Assembly (NCBI GenBank): GCA_046714555.1
Contig: JBKKAQ010000065.1
Location: 1-52,183, forward strand
Length of the DNA: 52,183 nucleotides
Direction of reading: 5' to 3'
DNA from: Sphingomicrobium sp.
Lineage (GTDB): Bacteria > Pseudomonadota > Alphaproteobacteria > Sphingomonadales > Sphingomonadaceae
Shown here piece after piece: positions 17,180-26,606 of the stretch; the first letter of the stretch is position 1, and every line of letters begins with the position of its first letter. Position numbers and translations under genes: made by a program. Below the pieces are notes generated by a model. It saw only the letters and a program-made list of their open reading frames with translations. It searched no databases and was not told the origin of the DNA.

Positions 17180-19333
17180 ATGAAGTCGATGTGGATGGTC
17201 TCGAGCGCTCTGATCGCACTGTCGGGATGTACGACGATGGTTCCGCCCGTGCCGGTTGCCGATCTCCCCCCGGCTCCGGCCGCGATCGCCGCTATCGCAG
17301 TTCCCGACAACGTCCTTCTGGCCCCGTTCAGCGGTCCCTATGACGGCGTTCCACAATGGGACAAGGTCCGGCCCGGCCTGTTCGACGAAGCCTTTGCGTT
17401 CGCGATTGACGAGCAACGGCGCGAAGTCGCCGCGATCGTCGCCAATCCCGCGCCCGCCAGCTTCGCCAACACCATTGAGGCGTTGGAGAAAGCCGGTCAA
17501 CGGCTCGGCCGCGTCAATGCCCAATTCGAGCTGATGACCAGCAATCTGACCACCCCCGAATATCAGGCGCTCGAAAAGGCTTGGGCGCCCAAGCTCTCGG
17601 CGGCTTCGGACGAAATCACCTTCAACCGCGCCTTGTTCGAACGGATCAAGGCGGTCCACGATGCGCGCGACGCCGCCGGGCTCGACGCCAGGCAGAAGCG
17701 CCTCGTCACCCGCAGCTACGAGTATTTCCTGCGTAGCGGAGCGGCGCTCGACGACAGGCAGAAGCTCGAGCTCGGCTCGTACAACCAGAATCTCGCCGGG
17801 CTGTTCGCATCGTTTTCGGAAAAAGTGCTCGCCGACGAAAGCACTTATCTCGCCGCCACCGAAGCCGAGCTGAAGGGCGTTCCGGCCGACATCAAGGCCG
17901 CCGCCGCGGCGGCCGCCAAGGCGCAGGGCAAGCTGGGCTATGCGATCAAGAACACCCGCTCTGCGGTCGACCCGATCCTGACCTTTGCCGATAATCGCGC
18001 GCTCCGTGAAAAGGTCTGGCGTGCCTTCGTCAACCGCGGCGACAATAAGGGATCGAGCGACACCAATTCTACCATCGCCGCGATCGTCAAGGCGCGCGCC
18101 GACCGCGCCCGGCTGCTCGGCTTTGCGAGCCACGCCGAATGGCGAATGCAGGACTCTATGGCTAAATCGCCGGCAAAGGCGATGGAGTTGATGATGCGCG
18201 TCTGGCCCGCGGCCAAGGCGCGGGTCGCCGAGGAAGTGCGCGACATGGCTGCGCTCGCGAACAAGTCGGGGGCGAAGCTCAAAATCGAGCCGTGGGACTA
18301 TCGCTATTACATGGAAAAGGTCCGTAAAGACCGGTTCAATCTCAGCCAGGAGCAGATCAAGCCCTATTTCGAGCTGTCGAACATAATCGACGGAATGTTC
18401 TGGGCCGCCGGTCGGCTCTACGATCTCGACTTCAAGGAAAATACCGGAGCAGTGCCGGTCTTCCATCCCGATGTCCGCACCTTCGAAGTGCTCGACCGGC
18501 GCTCGGGTGAAATCGTCGGGCTGTTCTACATGGACAATTATGCGCGCGAGGGGAAACGCTCGGGCGCGTGGATGACCACCTATCGCTCACGCGCCGGGCT
18601 CACTGGCGACCGCATCGTGCTTGCTTCGAACAACAACAACTTCACCAAGCCGGGGCCGGGCGAGCCGGTGCTGATCAGCCTCGACGATGCCGAAACCCTG
18701 TTCCACGAATTCGGTCACGCGATTCATTATCTGCTGATGCAGACTTATTTCCCGACGCTTGGCGAAACCCCGCGCGACTTTGTCGAATATCCAAGCCAGG
18801 TGTATGAGAATTGGCTCCTGACCCCCGACGTGCTCGATAAATACGCCCGCCACACCAAGACAGGCGCGGCGATGCCCAAGGCGCTGATCGACAAGATCCA
18901 AAAAGCCAAGACCTTCAACCAGGGCTTCGCGACGGTCGAATACCTGTCCTCGGCGCTGGTCGACATGAAGCTTCACATGAAGCCCGACGGACTAGTCGAT
19001 CCCGACGCGTTCGAACGCGAGACGCTCGCCGAAATCGGAATGCCGAAGGAAATCGTGATGCGGCACCGCCTGCCGCAGTTCAACCATCTGTTTTCGTCCG
19101 ACGATTATTCGGCGGGCTATTACAGCTATCTATGGTCGGAAACGATGGACGCCGACACCTGGGCAGCGTTCGAGCAGGCCGGAGTGTGGGACAAGCCGAC
19201 CGCCGAGCGCTTCCGCTCCGCATTGCTGGAAACCGCCAACGAGACCGACCGCGCCGAGGCCTATCGCGCCTTCCGCGGCCGCGACCCCGACGTCGACGCC
19301 TTGCTCAGGCGCCGCGGCTTTCCAGTGAAGTAG
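17180..19333 (+). CDS. dcp: M3 metallopeptidase (peptidyl-dipeptidase Dcp-like) lipoprotein
   Basis: LSGC lipobox, KRSGAWM, HEFGH, DFVEYPSQ, YSAGYYSY. Start could also be 17171. Confidence 0.92.
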   Translation: MKSMWMVSSALIALSGCTTMVPPVPVADLPPAPAAIAAIAVPDNVLLAPFSGPYDGVPQWDKVRPGLFDEAFAFAIDEQRREVAAIVANPAPASFANTIEALEKAGQRLGRVNAQFELMTSNLTTPEYQALEKAWAPKLSAASDEITFNRALFERIKAVHDARDAAGLDARQKRLVTRSYEYFLRSGAALDDRQKLELGSYNQNLAGLFASFSEKVLADESTYLAATEAELKGVPADIKAAAAAAAKAQGKLGYAIKNTRSAVDPILTFADNRALREKVWRAFVNRGDNKGSSDTNSTIAAIVKARADRARLLGFASHAEWRMQDSMAKSPAKAMELMMRVWPAAKARVAEEVRDMAALANKSGAKLKIEPWDYRYYMEKVRKDRFNLSQEQIKPYFELSNIIDGMFWAAGRLYDLDFKENTGAVPVFHPDVRTFEVLDRRSGEIVGLFYMDNYAREGKRSGAWMTTYRSRAGLTGDRIVLASNNNNFTKPGPGEPVLISLDDAETLFHEFGHAIHYLLMQTYFPTLGETPRDFVEYPSQVYENWLLTPDVLDKYARHTKTGAAMPKALIDKIQKAKTFNQGFATVEYLSSALVDMKLHMKPDGLVDPDAFERETLAEIGMPKEIVMRHRLPQFNHLFSSDDYSAGYYSYLWSETMDADTWAAFEQAGVWDKPTAERFRSALLETANETDRAEAYRAFRGRDPDVDALLRRRGFPVK

Positions 19334-19365
19334 ATTGGCCGGCGCGTCACTTTGGTCCGCTTCGC

Positions 19366-19390
19366 TGAACCGACGCTAGCGACGTGCGTT
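19366..19390 (+). promoter_or_regulatory. Possible EcfG-type promoter giving a leaderless transcript
   Basis: TGAAC-N16-CGTT ending 8 nt before the ATG at 19399. Confidence 0.45.
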
Positions 19391-19398
19391 GAGCGCTC

Positions 19399-20277
19399 AT
19401 GCCTCGCATCATCCACCTTTCCGACCTTCACTTCGGTGCCCATGACCCGCGGCTGGTGACCGCGGTCGAGCGCCAGATCGACTCCGACAAGCCCGATTTG
19501 GTCGTGATCAGCGGCGATTTCACCCAGCGCGCCCGGACCGAGCAGTTCGAGGAGGCCTGCGCCTTTCTCGAGCGGTTGCGCGACGCCGGGCATGAAGTGC
19601 TTGGGGTCCCGGGCAATCACGACGTGCCTCTGTACGACGTGCTTCGCCGCTTCCTTTCCCCGCTCACCCGCTACAAGCGCTACATCGACGAGACTTTGTG
19701 CCCGTTCCACGAACTGGAGGGCGCGGCGGTGCTCGGGATCAACACCGCCCGCTCGCTGACCTTCAAGGACGGCCGGATCAGCCACGAGCAGATGGACTAT
19801 ATCCGTGAAACCTTCGCCCGCACCGGAGCGCGGGTGCAGCGGGTGCTGGTCACTCACCATCCGATGTTCGCGCTTCCGGTAGGCGAGGGTCCCGAACTCG
19901 GCAAGGCGGTCGGGCGGCAGGAACTTGCGCTGGATGCGATCGCCGACGCGGGGGTCGACATATTGCTCGCCGGGCACAACCATCGCGCCTCGACCCACCA
20001 TTCGTCCGATCTCGTCACTCGCGCGGGCTCCGCGCTGGTGATCCAGGCGGGAACCGCGACTTCGATCCGGCTCCGCGACGAGGCGCAGAGCTTCAACCGG
20101 ATCGAGATCGAGCCCGACACGGTCGCGGTCAGTCAATTGACCTGGACCGGCGAGGCCTTCGCGCCCAACGAGCCCGCGGCTTACCGCCGCGAGGGCGAGG
20201 GCGAGGGCGAGGGCGCGCTATGGGTCCGGGCGAGCAAGGCCAAGGCCCAAAGAATGAGCGAGACCCCGGCGCAATGA
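19399..20277 (+). CDS. Metallophosphoesterase (CpdA-like)
   Basis: DLH, GDFT, GNHD, HHP, GHNH. Confidence 0.9.
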   Translation: MPRIIHLSDLHFGAHDPRLVTAVERQIDSDKPDLVVISGDFTQRARTEQFEEACAFLERLRDAGHEVLGVPGNHDVPLYDVLRRFLSPLTRYKRYIDETLCPFHELEGAAVLGINTARSLTFKDGRISHEQMDYIRETFARTGARVQRVLVTHHPMFALPVGEGPELGKAVGRQELALDAIADAGVDILLAGHNHRASTHHSSDLVTRAGSALVIQAGTATSIRLRDEAQSFNRIEIEPDTVAVSQLTWTGEAFAPNEPAAYRREGEGEGEGALWVRASKAKAQRMSETPAQ

Positions 20278-20340
20278 AGCGCTTGCCGCGCTGCGCGGCG
20301 GCAGACTAAGGGTCCCGGCACACGGGGAACGCGATCGCTT

Positions 20341-21195
20341 ATGGACTTGCCGCAATTCGACCTCGCGGACTTCGTCCGGCGGGTCCTCGCCGAGGACATG
20401 GGATCGGGCGGCGACGTCACCAGTAATGCGACGATTTCGTCCGACGCGCGCTTTTCGGCGGTGATGAACTGCCGCGAACCGATCGTCGTTGCCGGGATCG
20501 ACATCGCCGCTGCCTTTTTCCGCGCGCTCGACCGCGAAGTGCGGATCGAAAAGCCGGTCTGCGACGGCGACAGCGTTCCAGTCGGGAGCGTGCTTATGCG
20601 GCTCGACGGCAATGCCCGACTGATGCTCAGCGCCGAGCGGTCGGCACTCAACACCCTCCAACATCTGTCGGGGATCGCGACCCTCACCCGGCGCTATGTC
20701 GATGCGATCGCCGGGACCGGCACGATCCTGCTCGACACCCGCAAGACCATCCCCGGGCTTCGGCTGCTCGACAAATATGCGGCGCGGATGGGCGGGGCGC
20801 ACAACCACCGGATGCGGCTCGACGACGGAGTGCTGATCAAGGACAATCATGTCGCGGTGTGCGGCGGGGTCGAGGCCGCGGTGCGCGCGGCCAAGGCCGC
20901 CGGGCTCGCCTTGCCGGTCCAGGTCGAGGTCGACCGGATCGACCAGATCGAGCCTGCGCTCGCCGCTGGCGCGGACCGGCTGCTGCTCGACAATATGCTG
21001 CCAGACGGCCTTCGTCAGGCGGTCGCGCTGGTTGCCGGTCGAGTCCCGGTCGAGGCTTCGGGCGGGGTCCGGCTCGACACCATCCGCGCGATCGCCGAGA
21101 CCGGGGTCGATTATATTTCGGTCGGGCGGATCACCCAGTCGGCCCCGGCGGTCGACATCGGGCTCGATTTCACGCTTCTGCCCTTTCCAGGCTGA
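20341..21195 (+). CDS. nadC: Quinolinate phosphoribosyltransferase
   Basis: DTRKT, HRMRLDDGVLIKDNH, LLLDN, EASGG. Confidence 0.96.
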   Translation: MDLPQFDLADFVRRVLAEDMGSGGDVTSNATISSDARFSAVMNCREPIVVAGIDIAAAFFRALDREVRIEKPVCDGDSVPVGSVLMRLDGNARLMLSAERSALNTLQHLSGIATLTRRYVDAIAGTGTILLDTRKTIPGLRLLDKYAARMGGAHNHRMRLDDGVLIKDNHVAVCGGVEAAVRAAKAAGLALPVQVEVDRIDQIEPALAAGADRLLLDNMLPDGLRQAVALVAGRVPVEASGGVRLDTIRAIAETGVDYISVGRITQSAPAVDIGLDFTLLPFPG

Positions 21196-21296
21196 ACCTC
21201 GCGCGCCGTTCAGCGCGGTTTCAGGAAAACAGGTCCATTCTGGACTTTGGTGCCTAGCGCTTATCGGCAGGTGGTACCGAATCGAGGAGTTAGTCG

Positions 21297-21842
21297 ATGT
21301 TGACCAAATCCCTGCTCGCTCTGTCGGCATTGTCGCTGGCCGCGCTTCCGACTGCTGCCAATGCCGGTCACCGCTCCTCCGGCGGAGGTTATTACGGGGG
21401 CGGCTACAATGGCGGCTATTACCCCAGCGGGGGGTATTATGGCGGATACAACCGGGGATATTACCCCAGCGGGGGGTATTATGGTGGGGGCTACAACCGG
21501 GGCTATTACCCAAGCGGGGGATATTATGGCGGAGGATACAACCGGGGCTATTATCCCAGCGGGGGCTATTACGGCGGCGGCTATGACAATCGCTATTACG
21601 GAAACCGTTACGGCAATCGTTATTACGGCCGTTCGTATCGCGGGCGGCGCTGCGGCGACTCAACTGCCGGTGCAATCGTCGGCGGGGCGGCCGGAGCGCT
21701 GCTTGGGCGCGAAATCGCTCGCGGCGGGCGGCGCAATTATTACAGCTACCGCCGCGGCGGGAGCGGAACCGCCGCCGGAATGATTATTGGCGGTGCGGTC
21801 GGCGCTCTGGTCGGCAAGGAAGTCGCCACCCGCCGCTGCTAA
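21297..21842 (+). CDS. Secreted Gly/Tyr-rich glycine-zipper 2TM protein
   Basis: Signal peptide, tandem YYPSGGYYGG(G)Y repeats, GAIVGGAAGALLG and IIGGAVGALVG zipper; GAGGAG RBS. Confidence 0.88.
   Translation: MLTKSLLALSALSLAALPTAANAGHRSSGGGYYGGGYNGGYYPSGGYYGGYNRGYYPSGGYYGGGYNRGYYPSGGYYGGGYNRGYYPSGGYYGGGYDNRYYGNRYGNRYYGRSYRGRRCGDSTAGAIVGGAAGALLGREIARGGRRNYYSYRRGGSGTAAGMIIGGAVGALVGKEVATRRC
21414..21590 (+). repeat. Coding tandem repeat, 4 x 42-45 nt
   Basis: Units of the form GGNTATTAYCCNAGCGGGGGNTATTAYGGNGGN(GGN)TAY. Confidence 0.9.
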
Positions 21843-21870
21843 GCTCGCCTCGAGCGCCAAAAAAACCTCG

Positions 21871-21892
21871 CGCCGGGGAGCAATCCCCGGCG
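21871..21892. terminator. GNRA-loop hairpin, terminator-like
   Basis: CGCCGGGGA-GCAA-TCCCCGGCG. Confidence 0.55.
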
Positions 21893-21985
21893 GCTTTGCG
21901 TCGTAGTGGCGCGCGGCCGATATTTTTTAAAAGCAAATCGTTGCGCGCCATCCTATAGAGCCCGCGAAATCCTCGGGAGAGATAC

Positions 21986-23392
21986 GTGTTCAAGGGGCTT
22001 CAGCCCATTCTCTACAGCGGCCGCGAAGTGTGGCCGCTGGTCGAGGGCGGCAAGGGCGTTGCGGCGACCAACCATGCAAGCTCGGGTGCCTGGGCGGCTG
22101 CGGGCGGGATCGGCACCGTCAGCGCGGTCAACGCCGACAGCTATGATCCCGATGGGCGGATTGTTCCGCAAGTCTATCATGCCCTCAACCGCCGCGAGCG
22201 GCACGAGGAGCTCGTCCAGTACGCGATCGACGGAGCGGTCGCCCAGGTCGAAAAAGCCCATGACATTTCGGGCGGCAAGGGCGCGATCAACATCAACGTG
22301 CTATGGGAAATGGGCGGCGCCCAGCGGGTCCTCGAAGGCGTTCTCGAACGCACCAGGGGCATCGTCGCGGGGGTCACCTGCGGCGCCGGAATGCCCTATA
22401 AATTGTCTGAGATCGCGGCTTCGCACAAGGTCACCTACCTTCCGATCATCAGCTCGGGCCGTGCTTTTCGCGCCTTGTGGAAGCGGGCCTATCACAAAGC
22501 CGCCGAATGGCTTTCGGCGGTGGTCTATGAAGACCCGTGGCTTGCTGGCGGTCACAACGGGCTGTCGAACGCAGAAGATCCGCGCGCACCGCAGGATCCC
22601 TTCCCGCGAGTCGCCGAATTGCGCAGCGTGATGCGCGAGGGCGGGATTCCCGACAGCGTCCCGATCGTCATGGCCGGCGGGGTGTGGAACCTCGCCGAAT
22701 GGGAGAATTGGATCGACAACCCCGAGCTTGGCGCCATCATGTTCCAGTTCGGAACCCGGCCGCTATTGACCCAGGAAAGCCCGATCCCCGCAGGCTGGAA
22801 GTCGCGGCTGATGGACCTCGAGGAAGGCGATATCCTGCTCCACCGTTTCTCGCCGACCGGATTCTATTCCTCGGCGGTGCGCAATCCCTTTCTCCGCTGG
22901 CTCGAGACGCGCTCCGAACGCCAGATCGCCTTCACCAAGGAACAGCTCGGCGACCATGCCTTCGAGCTCGACGTTGGCACCGGCAACAAGAAGAACTTCT
23001 GGGTCACAAAAGGCGATCTCCAGCATGCCCGCGAATGGTATGGCGCGGGCTATACCGAGGCGTTGAAGACTCCCGATGAAACCCTCGTATTCGTCACTCC
23101 CGAAGACAAAATAATCATCCGCAAGGACCAGGCCGACTGCATGGGTTGCCTGTCGCAATGCGCCTTTTCGTCGTGGGCTGACAATGAAAAGAACTCGACT
23201 GGCCGCCTCGCCGACCCGCGGTCTTTCTGCATCCAGAAGACCCTTCAGGACATCGCTCACGGCGGCCCGACCGAGCAGAACCTGATGTTCGCGGGCCATT
23301 CGGCATTCCGCTTCAAGACCGACCCCTTTTACTCTAATGGGTTCGTTCCGACGGTGAAACAATTGTTCGACCGAATCCTGACGGGGGCCTGA
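21986..23392 (+). CDS. Nitronate monooxygenase / FabK-like flavin oxidoreductase
   Basis: LVEGGKGV, CGAGMP, AGGHNG, AGGVW, QFGTR, CMGCLSQC. Confidence 0.88.
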   Translation: MFKGLQPILYSGREVWPLVEGGKGVAATNHASSGAWAAAGGIGTVSAVNADSYDPDGRIVPQVYHALNRRERHEELVQYAIDGAVAQVEKAHDISGGKGAININVLWEMGGAQRVLEGVLERTRGIVAGVTCGAGMPYKLSEIAASHKVTYLPIISSGRAFRALWKRAYHKAAEWLSAVVYEDPWLAGGHNGLSNAEDPRAPQDPFPRVAELRSVMREGGIPDSVPIVMAGGVWNLAEWENWIDNPELGAIMFQFGTRPLLTQESPIPAGWKSRLMDLEEGDILLHRFSPTGFYSSAVRNPFLRWLETRSERQIAFTKEQLGDHAFELDVGTGNKKNFWVTKGDLQHAREWYGAGYTEALKTPDETLVFVTPEDKIIIRKDQADCMGCLSQCAFSSWADNEKNSTGRLADPRSFCIQKTLQDIAHGGPTEQNLMFAGHSAFRFKTDPFYSNGFVPTVKQLFDRILTGA

Positions 23393-23394
23393 GA

Positions 23395-23970
23395 ATGACC
23401 GCCCGAATTTCCTCCCCGGAACGGGGAAGGGGAACATTCGCGGCATGGTGGAGGGGCCGCGCAGCTCTTTCGTCATGCTTCGCGCGTCACATCGGCGTTC
23501 CGGGGAGTATTTTCGCGCTGCTCACTCTGACCCTGACCGCCCCCGCATCGGCGCAGGACAAATCCCCTCCCTATTGGGCTTCGATCGCTTCGGGCGAGGC
23601 GATGATGCGCAGCGGGCCGGGCAAGAATTATCCGGGGATCTGGCTCTATAAACGCCACGACCTTCCGGTGCGGGTGCTCAAGACCTACCCCAACTGGCGG
23701 CAGATCGAGGACCCCGACGGGACCAAAGGCTGGATGCTGGTGACCCTCCTCAGCGACCGCCGTACCGGGATCGTCAAACCCGGCGAGCCACGCGCGATCC
23801 GCGCCGCCGCATCCGAGACCAGCCGCATCACTTACAAGGTCGAGCCCGGAGTCGTCGGCCGGCTCGAGCAATGCGACGGCGACTGGTGCCGAATTGCGAT
23901 CGGCAAGCGCGAAGGCTTCATCCGCATCGCCGATTTGTGGGGAATCAAGAACGGCGAGAGCATCGACTAA
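23395..23970 (+). CDS. Exported tandem bacterial SH3 domain protein (start uncertain)
   Basis: MRSGPG, WRQIEDPDGTKGW, CDGDWC, LWG. Confidence 0.85.
   Translation: MTARISSPERGRGTFAAWWRGRAALSSCFARHIGVPGSIFALLTLTLTAPASAQDKSPPYWASIASGEAMMRSGPGKNYPGIWLYKRHDLPVRVLKTYPNWRQIEDPDGTKGWMLVTLLSDRRTGIVKPGEPRAIRAAASETSRITYKVEPGVVGRLEQCDGDWCRIAIGKREGFIRIADLWGIKNGESID
23411..23460. repeat. REP-like palindromic repeat, degenerate copy
   Basis: CCTCCCC...GGGGAAGGGG...TGGTGGAGGGGCCGC; shares its last 15 nt with the copy at 33246. Confidence 0.65.
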
Positions 23971-23989
23971 ATTCTTGAACCCTCAACCG

Positions 23990-24095
23990 CGCCGTCCACA
24001 GCGCCATCGCCACCATCATCAGATTCTCGGTCAGCGAGACGAAGCCCAGGGGCACATTGCTGGCGCCCCCGACGCAGGCGCATTTGAGCGGGGCC
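23990..24095 (-). pseudogene. C-terminal remnant of a MauE/DoxX-type membrane protein
   Basis: LKCACVGGASNVPLGFVSLTENLMMVAMALW with no N-terminal portion. Confidence 0.65.
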
Positions 24096-24111
24096 CCGAC
24101 CGCGGCGCCGA

Positions 24112-25300
24112 TCAGATCAGCTCCACCGCCATCGCGGTTGCCTCGCCCCCGCCGATGCACAGGCTGGCGAGCCCGCGCCTGCCGCCGCGGTTCTGCAATG
24201 CGGCGAGCAGGGTCGCGAGAATCCGCGCTCCGCTCGCGCCGATCGGATGGCCGAGCGCGGTCGCACCGCCGTTGACGTTGATTTGCCCACGTGAAATTCC
24301 GAGATCGTGCATCGCGATCATCGCGACGCAGGCGAACGCCTCATTGACTTCATACAAATCGACTTCGCCTTGGCTCCACCCCGCGCGCTCGAGCGCTTTC
24401 CTGAGCGCGGGAACCGGGGCGGTGGTGAACAAAGCGGGCTCGTGCGCATGCGCGGCATAGGCGATCACCCGGGCGACCGGGGTGATGCCGAGCCTGTCGG
24501 CAACGCTCATCCGGGTCAGCACCAGCGCTGCCGCCCCGTCGGAAATCGACGAGGCATTGGCCGCGGTGATCGTCCCGCCTTTGGCGAAGGCGGGCTTTAG
24601 GCCCGGGATCTTGCTCGGGTCGGCTGTGCCCGGCTGCTCGTCGGTATCTACTGTGACAATGCCCTTGCGCCCGGCGACCTCGACCGCGACGATCTCGCGC
24701 TCGAACGCTCCGCTGTCGATCGCCGCGCGCGCGGCTCAGCGACTCGATCGCATATTCGTCCTGCTGCTCTCGCGTAAACTGGTAATCGCGCGCGCTGTCT
24801 TCGGCGAAGCTGCCCATGAGCCGCCCGGGCTCATAGGCGTCCTCCAATCCGTCAAGGAACATATGGTCGTTGAGCACATCATGCCCGATCCGCGCTCCGC
24901 CGCGGTGGCGCTGGCTGAGATAGGGCGCGTTGGTCATCGATTCCATTCCGCCCGCGACGATCATCTCGGCGCTCCCCGCGGCAAGCGCGTCGGCGGCCAT
25001 GATTGCCGCCTGCATCCCTGACCCGCACATCTTGTTGACCGTGGTCGCCTCGACCGATTGAGGGAGCCCGGCGCCCAATGCCGCCTGCCGCGCCGGGGCC
25101 TGGCCGAGGCCCGCGGGAAGAACGCAGCCCATGTAGATTTTCTCGACCGCTCCGCCGCTCACACCAGCGCGCTCGACCGCGGCGCGCACCGCTGCAGCGC
25201 CAAGCTGGGTCGAGCTCGCTCCCGCCAGAGCGCCTTGGAACCCCCCCATAGGGGTGCGCGCATAGGACAATATGACGATCGGATCGCGCGTTTGAGGCAC
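24112..25300 (-). pseudogene. Acetyl-CoA C-acyltransferase (thiolase), frameshifted near 24730
   Basis: N-half VNKMCGSGM; C-half NEAFA, GHPIGASG, CIGGG in another frame; break in a (CG)n run. May be a sequencing error. Confidence 0.88.
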
Positions 25301-25396
25301 GTATCACTACTCCAAGGGGACGGAGGCACATAGGCGGGTGACCTGCCTTGTTCAAACCTTTGCGGCGATGCTACCCGCGTCTGAGGGGAGACGAAC

Positions 25397-26557
25397 ATGG
25401 ATTTCGGGCTGGACTTCGATCTCGGCGAAAATGCCGACATGATCCGCGCATCCACCCGGCGCTTCTCCGCCGAGCGGATCGCGCCGCTCGCCGCCGCGAT
25501 CGACACCGAAGACCGCTTCCCGCTCGAGCTGTGGCAGCCGATGGGCGAGCTCGGCCTCCACGGGATCACCGTCGAGGAAGAATATGGCGGGCTTGGGCTC
25601 GGCTATCTCGAGCATGTCGTCGCTCAGGAAGAAGTGGCGCGAGCCTCGGCTTCGGTGGGCCTCAGCTACGGCGCCCATTCGAACCTGTGCGTCAACCAGA
25701 TCCGCCGCTGGGCCACTGACGAGCAGAAGCGCAAATATCTCCCGAAACTGATCAGCGGCGAGCATGTCGGCGCGCTGGCGATGAGCGAGGCCGGGGCGGG
25801 CTCGGACGTCGTCTCAATGAAACTCAAGGCCGAGAAATCAGGCGGCGGCTACCGCCTCAACGGCACCAAATACTGGATCACCAACGGCGAATATGCCGAC
25901 GTGCTGGTGGTCTATGCCAAGACCGGCGGCAACGACGCCAAGCCGAGCCGGGCGATCACCACCTTCCTGATCGAAAAGGGCATGGACGGCTTCTCGATCG
26001 GGCAAAAGATCGACAAGATGGGAATGCGCGGGTCGCCGACCAGCGAGCTCGTCTTCGACGACTGCCTGGTCCCGGCCGAAAATGTCATGGGCCCCGAAAA
26101 CGGCGGGGTCGGAGTGCTGATGAGCGGGCTCGATTATGAGCGCACCGTGCTTGCCGGAATCCAGCTCGGCATCATGCAGGCGTGCCTCGACGTGGTCCTG
26201 CCGTACGTCCGCGAGCGCAAGCAGTTCGGAACCCCGATCGGAAGCTTTCAATTGATCCAGGTCAAGGTCGCCGACATGTATGTCGCATTGAACTCGGCTC
26301 GCGCCTACGTCTATCAGGTCGCGCGCGCCTGCGATGCCGGGCGGACCAGCCGCTTCGACGCCGCGGGCGCGATCCTGCTCGCCAGCGAGAATGCGGTGCG
26401 GGTCGCGGGCGAAGCGGTCCAGGCCTTGGGCGGCGCGGGCTATACCAAGGACTGGCCGGTCGAACGCTATATGCGCGACGCCAAATTGCTCGACATCGGC
26501 GCGGGCACCAACGAGGTCCGCCGAATGCTGATCGGACGCGAGCTGATCGGCGCGTGA
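25397..26557 (+). CDS. ivd: Isovaleryl-CoA dehydrogenase
   Basis: [37 protein letters not shown]; upstream of the MCC genes. Confidence 0.93.
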   Translation: MDFGLDFDLGENADMIRASTRRFSAERIAPLAAAIDTEDRFPLELWQPMGELGLHGITVEEEYGGLGLGYLEHVVAQEEVARASASVGLSYGAHSNLCVNQIRRWATDEQKRKYLPKLISGEHVGALAMSEAGAGSDVVSMKLKAEKSGGGYRLNGTKYWITNGEYADVLVVYAKTGGNDAKPSRAITTFLIEKGMDGFSIGQKIDKMGMRGSPTSELVFDDCLVPAENVMGPENGGVGVLMSGLDYERTVLAGIQLGIMQACLDVVLPYVRERKQFGTPIGSFQLIQVKVADMYVALNSARAYVYQVARACDAGRTSRFDAAGAILLASENAVRVAGEAVQALGGAGYTKDWPVERYMRDAKLLDIGAGTNEVRRMLIGRELIGA

Positions 26558-26606
26558 CCCGCCGCGCATCTTTGCAACCGGCGCCCCACGGGCTAAGCCA
26601 AACCCG

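Noticed and set aside
21414-21590. CRISPR array
   Set aside because: In-frame coding tandem repeats without unique spacers; no cas genes in the window.
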